Assembly (NCBI RefSeq): GCF_006345805.1 | Contig: NC_043014.1 | Location: forward strand, 17,298,001-17,362,000 | Reading direction: 5' to 3' | Source: Octopus sinensis | Taxonomy: Eukaryota | Length of the DNA stretch: 64,000 nt | Shown here: positions 53,101 to 64,000 of the stretch, in pieces | Layout of the letters: each line of letters opens with the position of its first letter | How positions within the stretch are numbered: the stretch's first letter is position 1 | The notes under the pieces: generated by a model | Database searches by the model: none | The model's input: the letters and a program-made list of their open reading frames with translations, nothing else | What the model was told of the DNA's origin: nothing | Made by a program: the position numbers and the translations under genes

Positions 53101-56100
53101 CACAGAACGCTGCTGCTTCTAACAATGCGAGAGCCTCAGATGTTGCTGAACAACGTTCATTCCGCAATACACAGAACGCTGCTGCTTCTAACAATGCGAG
53201 AGCCTCAGAGATTGCTGAACAACGGGCATTCCGCAATACACAGAACGCTGCTGCTTCTAACAATGCGAGAGCCTCAGATATTGCTGAACAACGTTCATTC
53301 CGCAATACACAGAACGCTGCTGCTTCTAACAATGCGTGAGCCTCCGAGATTGCTGAACAACGGGCATTCCGCAATACACAGAACGCTGCTGCTTCTAACA
53401 ATGCGTGAGCCTCCGAGATTGCTGAACAACGGGCATTCCACAATACACAGAACGCTGCTGCTTCTAACAATGCGACAGCCTCAGAGATTGATGAACAACG
53501 GGCATTCCGCAATACACAGAACGCTGCTGCTTCTAACAATGCGTGAGCCTCCGAGATTGCTGAACAACGGGCATTCCACAATACACAGAACGCTGCTGCT
53601 TCTAACAATGCGACAGCCTCAGAAATTGATGAACAACGGGCATTCCGCAATACACAGAACGCTGCTGCTTCTAACAATGCGTGAGCCTCAGAGATTGCTG
53701 AACAACGGGCATTCCGCATTACACAGAACGCTGCTGCTTCTAACAATGCGTGAGCCTCAGAGATTGCTGAACAACGGGCATTCCGCAATACACAGAACGC
53801 TGCTGCTTCTAACAAGCGTGAGCCTCAGAGATTGCTGAACAACGGGCATTCCGCAATACACAGAACGCTGCTGCTTCTAACAATGCGTGAGCCTCCATGA
53901 TTGCTGAACAACGTGCATTCCGTAATACACAGAACGCTGCTGCTTCTAACAATGCGTGAGCCTCCGAGATTGCTGAACAACTGGAATTCCGCAATACACA
54001 GAACGCTGCTGCTTCTAACAATGCGTGAGCCTCAGTGATTTTTGAACAACGGGCATTCCGCAATACACAGAACGCTGCTGCTTTTAACAATGCGAGAGCC
54101 TCAGAGATTGCTGAACAACGAGCATTCCGCAATACACAGAACGCTGCTGCTTTTAACAATGTGAGAGCCTCAGAGATTGCTGAACAACGGGCATTCCGGA
54201 ATACAGAGAACGCTGCTGCTTCTAACAATGCGAGAGCCTCCGAGTTTGCTGTACAACGGGCATTCCGCAATACACAGATCTCTGCCGCTTCTAACAATGC
54301 GTGAGCCTCCGAGATTGCTGAACAACTGGAATTCCGCAATACACAGAACGCTGCTGCTTCTAACAATGCGTGAGCCTCAGTGAATTTTGAACAACGGGCA
54401 TTCCGCAATACACAGAACGCTGCTGCTTTTAACAATGCGAGAGCCTCAGAGATTGCTGAACAACGGGCATTCCGCAATACACAGAACGCTGATGCTTCGA
54501 ACAATGCGAGAGCCTCGGAGATTGCTGAACAACGGGCATTCCGCAATACGCAGAACGCTGCTGCTTCTAACAATACGTGAGCCTCAGAGATTGCTGAACA
54601 ACGGGCATTCCGCAATACACAGAACGCTGCTGCTTCTAACAATGCGAGAGCCTCCGAGTTTGCTGAACAACGGGCATTCCTTAATACAGAGAACGCTGCA
54701 GCTTCTAACAATGCGAGAGCCTCCGAGTTTTCTGAACAATGGGCTTTCCGCAATACACAGAACGCTGCTGCTTCTAACAATGCGAGAGCCTCAGTGATTT
54801 TTGAACAACGGGCATTCCGCAATACACAGAACGCTGCTGCTTCTAACAATGCGTTAGCCTCCCAGATTGCTGAACAACGGGCATTCCGCAATACACAGAA
54901 CGCTGCTGCTTCTAACAATGCGAGAGCCTCAGAGATTGCTGAACAACGGGCATTCCGCAATACACAGAACGCTGCTGCTTCTAACAATGCGTGAGCCTCA
55001 GAGATTGTTGAACAACGGGCATTCCGCAATACACAGAACGCTGCTGCTTCTAACAATACGTGAGCCTCAGAGATTGCTGAACAACGGGCATTCCGCAATA
55101 CACAGAACGCTGCTGCTTCTAACAATGCGAGAGCCTCCGAGTTTGCTGAACAACGGGCATTCCGCAATACAGAGAACGCTGCTGCTTCTAACAATGCGAG
55201 AGCCTCAGAGTTTGCTGAACAACGGGCATTCCGCAAAACAGAGAACGCTGCTTCTTCTAACAATGCGTGGGCCTCAGTGATTGCTGAACAACGGGCATTC
55301 CGCAATACACAGAACGCTGCTGCTTGTAACAATGCGAGAGCCTCCGAGTTTGCTGAACAACGGGCATTCCGCAATACAGAGAACGCTGCTGCTTCTAACA
55401 ATGCGAGAGCCTCCGAGTTTGCTGAACAACGGGCATTCCGCAATACAGAGAACGCTGCTGCTTCTAACAATGCGTGAGCCTCAGTGATTTTTGAACAACG
55501 GGCATTCCGCAATACACAGAACGCTGCTGCTTCTAACAATGCGTTAGCCTCCCAGATTGCTGAACAACGGGCATTCCGCAATACACAGAACGCTGCTGCT
55601 TTTAACAATGCGAGAGCCTCAGAGATTGCTGAACAACGGGCATTCCGCAATACACAGAACGCTGCTGCTTCTAACAATGCGTGAGCCTCAGAGATTGTTG
55701 AACAACGGGCATTCCGCAATACACAGAACGCTGCTGCTTCTAACAATGCGTGAGCCTCAGAGATTGCTGAACAACGGGCATTCCGCAATGCACAGAACGC
55801 TGCTGCTTCTAACAATGCGAGAGCCTCCGAGTTTGCTGAACAACGGGCATTCCGCAATACAGAGAACGCTGCTGCTTCTAACAATGCGAGAGCCTCCGAG
55901 TTTGCTGAACAACGGGCATTCCGCAATACAGAGAACGCTGCTCTTCTAACAATGCGTGAGCCTCAGAATTGCTGAACAACGGGCATTCCGCAATACACAG
56001 AACGCTGCTGCTTCTAACAATGCGAGAGCCCCAGAGATTGCTGAACAACGCGCATTCCGCAATACACAGAACGCTGCTGCTTCTAACAATGCGTGAGGCT

Positions 56101-59100
56101 CAGAGATTGCTGAACAACGGGCATTCCGCAATACACAGAACGCTGCTGCTTCTAACAATGCGAGAGCCTCCGAGATTGCTGAACAACGGGAATCCGCAAT
56201 ACACAGAACGCTGCTGCTTCTAACAGTGCGTGAGCCTCAGTGATTGCTGAACAACGGGCATTCCGCAATACACAGAACGCTGCTGCTTCTAAAAATGCGT
56301 GAGCCTCCGAGATTCCTGAACAACGGGCATTCCGCAATACACAGAACGCTGCTGCTTCTAACAATGCGTGAGCCTCCGAGATTGCTGAACAACGGGCATT
56401 CCACAATACACAGAACGCTGCTGCTACTAACAATGCGACAGCCTCAGAGATTGCTGAACAACGGGCATTCCGCAATACACAGAACGCTGCTGCTTCTAAC
56501 AATGCGTGAGCCTCAGAGATTGCTGAACAACGGGCATTCCGCAATACACAGAACGCTGCTGCTTCTAACAATGCGTGAGCCTCAGAGATTGCTGAACAAC
56601 GGGCATTCCGCAATACACAGAACGCTGCTGCTTCTAACAATGCGTGAGCCTCAGAGATTGCTGAACAACGGGCATTCCGCAATACACAGAACGCTGCTGC
56701 TTCTAACAATGCGTGAGCCTCAGTGATTTCTGAACAACGGGCATTCCGCAATACAGAGAACGCTGCTGCTTCTAACAATGCGAGAGCCTCAGAGATTGCT
56801 GAACAACGGGCAATCCGCAATACACAGAACGCTGCTGCTTCTAACAATGCCTGAGCCTCAGAGATTGCTGAACAACGGGCATTCCGCAATACACAGAACG
56901 CTACTGCTTCTAGCAATGCGTGAGCCTCAGAGATTGCTGAACAACGGGCATTCCGCAATATACAGAACGCTGCTGCTTCTAACAATGCGTGAGCCTCAGT
57001 GATTTCTGAACAACGGGCATTCCGCAATACCGAGAACGCTGCTGCTTCTAACAATGCGAGAGCCTCCGAGTTTGCTGTACAACGGGCATTCCGCAATACA
57101 CAGAACGCTGCTGCTTCTAACAATGCGTGAGTCTCAGAGATTGCTGAACAACGGGCAATCCGCAATACACAGAACGCGGCTGCTTCTAACAATGCGTGAG
57201 CCTCAGAGATTGCTGAACAACGGGCATTCCGCAATACACAGAACGCTGCTGCTTCTAACAATGCGTGAGCCTCAGAGATTGCTGAACAACGGGCATTCCG
57301 CAATACACAGAACGCTGCTGCTTCTAACAATGCGTGAGCCTCAGAGATTGCTGAACAACGGGCATTCCGCAATACCGAGAACGCTGCTGCTTCTAACAAT
57401 GCGAGAGCCTCCGAGTTTGCTGAACAACGGGCATTCCGCAATACACAGAACGCTGCTGCTTCTAACAATGCGTGAGCCTCAGTGATTTCTGAACAACGGG
57501 CATTCCGCAATACCGAGAACGCTGCTGCTTCTAACAATGCGAGAGCCTCCGAGTTTGCTGAACAACGGGCATTCCGCAATACACAGAACGCTGCTGCTTC
57601 TAACAATGCGTGAGCCTCAGAGTTTGCTGAACAACGGGCATTCCGCAATACACAAACGCTGCTGCTTCTAACAATGCGTGAGCCTCAGAGATTGCTGAAC
57701 AACGGGCATTCCGCAATACACAGAACGCTGCTGCTTCTAACAATGCGTGAGCCTCAGAGATTGCTGAACAACGGGCATTCCGCAATACACAGAACGCTGC
57801 TGCTTCTAACAATGCGTGAGCCTCAGTGATTTCTGAACAACGGGCATTCCGCAATACAGAGAACGCTGCTGTTTCTCAACAATGCGAGAGCCTCAGAGAT
57901 TGCTGAACAACGGGCATTCCGCAATACACAGAACGCTGCTGCTTCTAACAATGCGTGAGCCTCAGAGATTGCTGAACAACGGGCATTCCGCAATACACAG
58001 AACGCTGCTGCTTCTAACAATGCGTGAGCCTCAGAGATTGCTGAACAACGGGCATTCCGCAATACACAGAACGCTGCTGCTTCTAACAATGCGTGAGCCT
58101 CAGTGATTTCTGAACAACGGGCATTCCGCAATACCGAGAACGCTGCTGCTTCTAACAATGCGAGAGCCTCCGAGTTTGCTATACAACGGGCATTCCGCAA
58201 TACACAGATCTCTGCGCTTCTAACAATGCGTGAGCCTCCGAGATTGCTGAACAACGGAATTCCGCAATACACAGAACGCTGCTGCTTCTAACAATGCGTG
58301 AGCCTCAGTGCTTTTTGAACAACGGGCATTCCGCAATACACAGAACGCTGCTGCTTCTAACAATGCGTTAGCCTCCCAGACTGCTGAACAACGGGCATTC
58401 CGCAATACACAGAACGCTGCTGCTTTTAACAATGCGAGAGCCTCAGAGATTGCTGAACAACGGGCATTCCGCAATACACAGAACGCTGCTGCTTCTAACA
58501 ATGCGAAAGCCTCAGAGATTGCTGAACAACGGGCATTCCGCAATACGCAGAACGCTGCTGCTTCTAACAATGCGTGAGCCTCAGAGATTGTTGAACAACG
58601 GGCTTTCCGCAATACACAGAACGCTGCTGCTTCTAACAATACGTGAGCCTCAGAGATTGCTGAACAACGGGCATTCCGCAATACACAGAACGCTGCTGCT
58701 TCTAACAATGCGAGAGCCTCCGAGTTTGCTGAACAACGGTCATTCCAATACAGAGAACGCTGCTGCTTCTAACAATGCGAGAGCCTCCGAGTTTGCTGAA
58801 CAACGGGCATTCCACAATACAGAGAACGCTGCTGCTTCTAACAATGCGTGAGCCTCAGTGATTTCTGAACAACGGGCATTCCGCAATACAGAGAACGCTG
58901 CTGTTTCTCACAATGCGAGAGCCTCAGAGATTGCTGAACAACGGACGTTCCGCAATACACAGAACGCTGCTGCTTCTAACAATGCGACAGCCTCAGAGAT
59001 TGCTGAACAACGGGCATTCCGCAATACACAGAACGCTACTGCTTCTAGCAATGCGTGAGCCTCAGAGATTGCTGAAAAACGGGCATTCCGCAATACACAG

Positions 59101-62100
59101 AACGCTGCTGCTTCTAACAATGCGTGAGCCTCAGTGATTTCTGAACAACGGGCATTCCGCAATACACAGAACGCTGCTGCTTCTAACAATGCGAGAGCCT
59201 CCGAGTTTGCTATACAACGGGCATTCCGCAATACACAGATCTCTGCCGCTTCTAACAATGCGTGAGCCTCCGAGATTGCTGAACAACTGGAATTCCGCAA
59301 TACACAGAACGCTGCTGCTTCTAACAATGCGAGAGCCTCCGAGTTTGCTGAACAACGGGCATTCCTTAATACAGAGAACGCTGCTGCTTCTAACAATGCG
59401 AGAGCCTCAGATATTGCTGAACAACGTTCATTCCGCAATACACAGAACGCTGCTGCTTCTAACAATGCGTGAGCCTCAGTGATTGCTGAACAACGGGCAT
59501 TCCGCAATACACAGAACGCTGCTGCTTCTAACAATGCGTGAGCCTCCGAGATTGCTGAACAACGGGCATTCCGCAATACAGAGAACGCTGCTGCTTCTAA
59601 CAATGCGTGAGCCTCAGAGATTGCTGAACAACGGGCAATCCGCAATACACAGAACGCGGCTGCTTCTAACAATGCGTGAGCCTCAGAGATTGCTGAACAA
59701 CGGGCATTCCGCAATACACAGAACGCTGCTGCTTCTAACAATGCGTGAGCCTCAGAGATTGCTGAACAACGGGCATTCCGCAATACACAGAACGCTACTG
59801 CTTCTAGCAATGCGTGAGCCTCAGTGATTTCTGAACAACGGGCATTCCGCAATACCGAGAACGCTGCTGCTTCTAACAATGCGAGAGCCTCCGAGTTTGC
59901 TGTACAACGGGCATTCCGCAATACACAGAACGCTGCTGCTTCTAACAATGCGTGAGCCTCAGTGATTTCTGAACAACGGGCATTCCGCAATACAGAGAAC
60001 GCTGCTGTTTCTCACAATGCGAGAGCCTCAGAGATTGCTGAACAACGGGCATTCCGCAATACACAGAACGCTGCTGCTTCTAACAATGCCTGAGCCTCAG
60101 AGATTGCTGAACAACGGGCATTCCGCAATACACAGAACGCTGCTGCTTCTAGCAATGCGTGAGCCTCAGAGATTGCTGAACAACGGGCATTCCGCAATAC
60201 ACAGAACGCTGCTGCTTCTAACAATGCGTGAGCCTCAGAGATTTCTGAACAACGGGCATTCCGCAATACCGAGAACGCTGCTGCTTCTAACAATGCGAGA
60301 GCCTCCGAGTTGCTAACAACGGGCATTCCGCAATACACAGAACTCTGCGCTTCTAACAATGCGTGAGCCTCCGAGATTGCTGAACAACTGGAATTCCGCA
60401 ATACACAGAACGCTGCTGCTTCTAACAATGCGTGAGCCTCAGTGCTTTTTGAACAACGGGCATTCCGCAATACACAGAACGCTGCTGCTTCTAACAATGC
60501 GTAGCCTCCAGACTGCTGAACAACGGGCATTCCGCAATACACAGAACGCTGCTGCTTTTAACAATGCGAGAGCCTCAGAGATTGCTGAACAACGGGCATT
60601 CCGCAATACACAGAACGCTGATGCTTCTAACAATGCGAAAGCCTCAGAGATTGCTGAACAACGGGCATTCCGCAATACGCAGAACGCTGCTGCTTCTAAC
60701 AATGCGTGAGCCTCAGAGATTGTTGAACACGGGCATTCCGCAATACACAGAACGCTGCTGCTTCTAACAATACGTGAGCCTCAGAGATTGCTGAACAATG
60801 GGCATTCCGCAATACACAGAACGCTGCTGCTTCTAACAATGCGAGAGCCTCCGAGTTTGCTGAACAACGGCATTCCTTAATACAGAGAACGCTGCTGCTT
60901 CTAACAATGCGAGAGCCTCCGAGTTTGCTGAACAACGGGCATTCCGCAATACAGAGAACGCTGCTGCTTCTAACAATGCGTGAGCCTCAGTGATTTCTGA
61001 ACAACGGGCATTCCGCAATACAGAGAACGCTGCTGTTTCTCACAATGCGAGAGCCTCAGAGATTGCTGAACAACGGGCATTCCGCAATACACAGAACGCT
61101 GCTGCTTCTAACAATGCGACAGCCTCAGAGATTGCTGAACAACGGGCATTCCGCAATACACAGAACGCTACTGCTTCTAGCAATGCGTGAGCCTCAGAGA
61201 TTGCTGAACAACGGGCATTCCGCAATACACAGAACGCTGCTGCTTCTAACAATGCGTGAGCCTCAGTGATTTCTGAACAACGGGCATTCCGCAATACACA
61301 GAACGCTGCTGCTTCTAACAATGCGAGAGCCTCCGAGTTTGCTAACAACGGGCATTCCGCAATACACAGACTCTGCCGCTTCTAACAATGCGTGAGCCTC
61401 CGAGATTGCTGAACAACGGCATTCCGCAATACACAGAACGCTGCTGCTTCTAACAATGCGTGAGCCTCAGTGATTTTTGAACATCGGGCATTCCGCAATA
61501 CACAGAACGCTGCTGCTTCTAACGATGCGTTAGCCTCCCAGATTGCTGAACAACGGGCATTCCGCAATACACAGAACGCTGCTGCTTTTAACAATGCGAG
61601 AGCCTCAGAGATTGCTGAACAACGGGCATTCCGCAATACACAGAACGCTGCTGTTGCTAACAATGCGAGAGCCTCCGAGTTTGCTGAACAACGGGCATCC
61701 CGCAATACAGAGAACGCTGCTGCTTCTAACAATGCGAGAGCCTCCGAGTTTGCTGAACAACGGGCATTCCGCAATACAGAGAACGCTGCTTCTTCTAACA
61801 ATGCGTGAGCCTCAGTGATTGCTGAACAACGGGCATTCCGCAATACACAGAACGCTGCTGCTTCTAACAATGCGTTAGCCTCCCAGATTGCTGAACAACG
61901 GGCATTCCGCAATACACAGAACGCTGCTGCTTCTAACAATGCGTGAGCCTTAGAGAGTGCTGAACAACGGGCATTCCGCAATACACAGAACGCTGCTGCT
62001 TGTAACAATGCGTGAGCCTCAGAGATTGCTGAACAACGGGCATTCCGCAATACACAGAACGCTGCTGCTTCTAACAATGCGTGAGCCTCAGAGATTGCTG

Positions 62101-64000
62101 AACAACGGGCATTCCGCAATACACAGAACGCTGCTGCTTCTAACAATGCGAGAGCCTCCGAGTTTGCTGAACAACGGGCATTCCGCAATACAGAGAACGC
62201 TGCTGCTTCTAACAATGCGAGAGCCTCAGAGATTGCTGAACAACGGGCATTCCGCAATACACAGAACGCTGCTGCTTCTAACAATGCGTGAGCCTCAGAG
62301 ATTGCTGAACAACGGGCATTCCGCAATACACAGAACGCTGCTGCTTCTAACAATGCGAGAGCCTCCGAGATTGCTGAACAACGGGCATTCCGCAATACAC
62401 AGAACGCTGCTGCTTCTAACAATGCGTGAGCCTCAGAGATTGCTGAACAACGGGCATTCCGCAATACACAGAACGCTGCTGCTTCTAACAATGCGTGAGC
62501 CTCAGAGATTGCTGAACAACGGGCATTCCGCAATACACAGAACGCTGCTGCTTCTAACAATGCGTGAGCCTCAGAGATTGCTGAACAACGGGCATTCCGC
62601 AATACACAGAACGCTGCTGCTTCTAACAATGCGTGAGCCTCAGAGATTGCTGAACAACGGGCATTCCGCAATACCAGAACGCTGCTGCTTCTAACAATGC
62701 GAGAGCCTCCGAGTTTGCTGTACAACGGGCATTCCGCAATACACAGAACGCTGCTGCTTCTAACAATGCGTGAGCCTCAGTGATTTCTGAACAACGGGCA
62801 TTCCGCAATACACAGAACGCTGCTGCTTCTCACAATGCGAGAGCCTCAGAGATTGCTGAACAACGGGCATTCCGCAATACACAGAACGCTGCTGCTTCTA
62901 ACAATGCGTGAGCCTCAGAGATTGCTGAACAACGGGCATTCCGCAATACACAGAACGCTGCTGCTTCTAACAATGCGTGAGCCTCAGAGATTGCTGAACA
63001 ACGGGCATTCCGCAATACACAGAACGCTGCTGCTTCTAACAATGCGTGAGCCTCAGTGATTTCTGAACAACGGGCATTCCGCAATACCGAGAACGCTGCT
63101 GCTTCTAACAATGCGTGAGCCTCCGAGTTTGCTAACAACGGGCATTCCGCAATACACAGAACGCTGCTGCTTCTAACAATGCGTGAGCCTCCGAGATTGC
63201 TGAACAACGGGAATTCCGCAATACACAGAACGCTGCTGCTTCTAACAATGCGTGAGCCTCAGTGATTTTGAACAACGGGCATTCCGCAATACACAGAACG
63301 CTGCTGCTTCTAACAATGCGTTAGCCTCCCAGATTGCTGAACAACGGGCATTCCGCAATACACAGAACGCTGCTGCTTTAACAATGCGAGAGCCTCAGAG
63401 ATTGCTGAACAACGGGCATTCCGCAATACACAGAACGCTGCTGCTTCTAACAATGCGTGAGCCTCGAGATTGCTGAACAACGGGCATTCCGCAATACACA
63501 GAACGCTGCTGCTTCTAACAATGCGAAGCCTCAGAGATTGCTGAACAACGGGCATTCCGCAATACACAGAACGCTGCTGCTTCTAACAATGCGTGAGCCT
63601 CAGAGATTGTTGAACAACGGGCATTCCGCAATACACAGAACGCTGCTGCTTCTAACAATGCGTGAGCCTCAGAGATTGCTGAACAACGGGCATTCCGCAA
63701 TACACAGAACGCTGCTGCTTCTAACAATGCGAGAGCCTCCGAGTTTGCTGAACAACGGGCATTCCGCAATACAGAGAACGCTGCTGCTTCTAACAATGCG
63801 AGAGCCTCCGAGTTTGCTGAACAACGGGCATTCCGCAATACACAGAACGCTGCTGCTTCTAACAATGCGTGAGCCTCAGTGATTTTTGAACAACGGGCAT
63901 TCCGCAATACACAGAACGCTGCTGCTTCTAACAATGCGTGAGCCTCCCAGATTGCTGAACAACGGGCATTCCGCAATACACAGAACGCTGCTGCTTTAAC
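47172..64000 (+). repeat. 69-bp tandem array (satellite), ~244 units in the window, STPR-like coding unit
   Basis: Consensus ctcagagattgctgaacaacgggcattccgcaatacacagaacgctgctgcttctaacaatgcg(t/a)gagc; 35/69 GC; continues to the window end. Confidence 0.98.

Noticed and set aside
47194-63882. Plus-strand MREPQRLLNNGHSAIHRTLLLLT frame as an LRR
   Set aside because: Only a partial LxxN match; it lacks LxxLxL and is broken by frequent cag-tga variants.
47171-63976. Long minus-strand ORFs (up to 705 aa) of EAHALLEAAAFCVLRNARCSAIS repeats as a real protein or as LRR exons of the adjacent gene
   Set aside because: Any stop-free frame of a 69-bp unit is automatically long. The gtttctcac variant puts TGA in this frame repeatedly, the unit does not fit the LRR consensus, and the real LRR exon starts after a splice acceptor with an in-frame upstream stop.
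47172-64000. CRISPR array
   Set aside because: No unique spacers; contiguous monomers in a eukaryotic context with no cas genes.
52550-64000. Frameshifts within the array as biological signals
   Set aside because: They are mostly scattered 1-bp deletions that increase rightwards, typical of unpolished long-read consensus error; they cannot be interpreted without raw reads.

Overview
Eukaryotic, AT- and microsatellite-rich, transposon-dense DNA. It is most likely a coleoid cephalopod (Octopus-like); this is inferred from SINE families I recognise from memory, not from a search. Positions 1-47 kb are a mosaic of transposable elements: four Helitrons (three with intact hairpin+CTAG 3' ends, one with an intron and five 23-aa STPR-type repeats), a young 5'-truncated RTE LINE nested in a Helitron with an 11-bp TSD, a LINE ORF1 running off the left edge, a Penelope element, a Buster-type hAT, a gag-only Gypsy remnant, mariner and piggyBac-like relics, SINEs, several long fold-back palindromes, and a decayed LINE segment duplicated 25.7 kb apart. 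Threaded through this on the minus strand is a spliced host gene for a secreted or membrane leucine-rich-repeat protein: a signal peptide+LRRNT exon at 47128-46926, a 13.65-kb GC-AG intron, a 72-bp single-LRR exon at 33272-33201, and two weaker Cys-rich candidate exons. From 47172 to the window end (about 244 units, >=16.8 kb) is a 69-bp, ~51% GC tandem array with 15-, 21- and 36-unit higher-order structure. One + strand frame of the unit (EIAEQRAFRNTQNAAASNNARAS) matches the 23-aa STPR repeat found at Helitron RepHel N-termini. The array therefore looks like a satellite amplified from a Helitron coding repeat, and it abuts the splice acceptor of the LRR gene's first coding exon.
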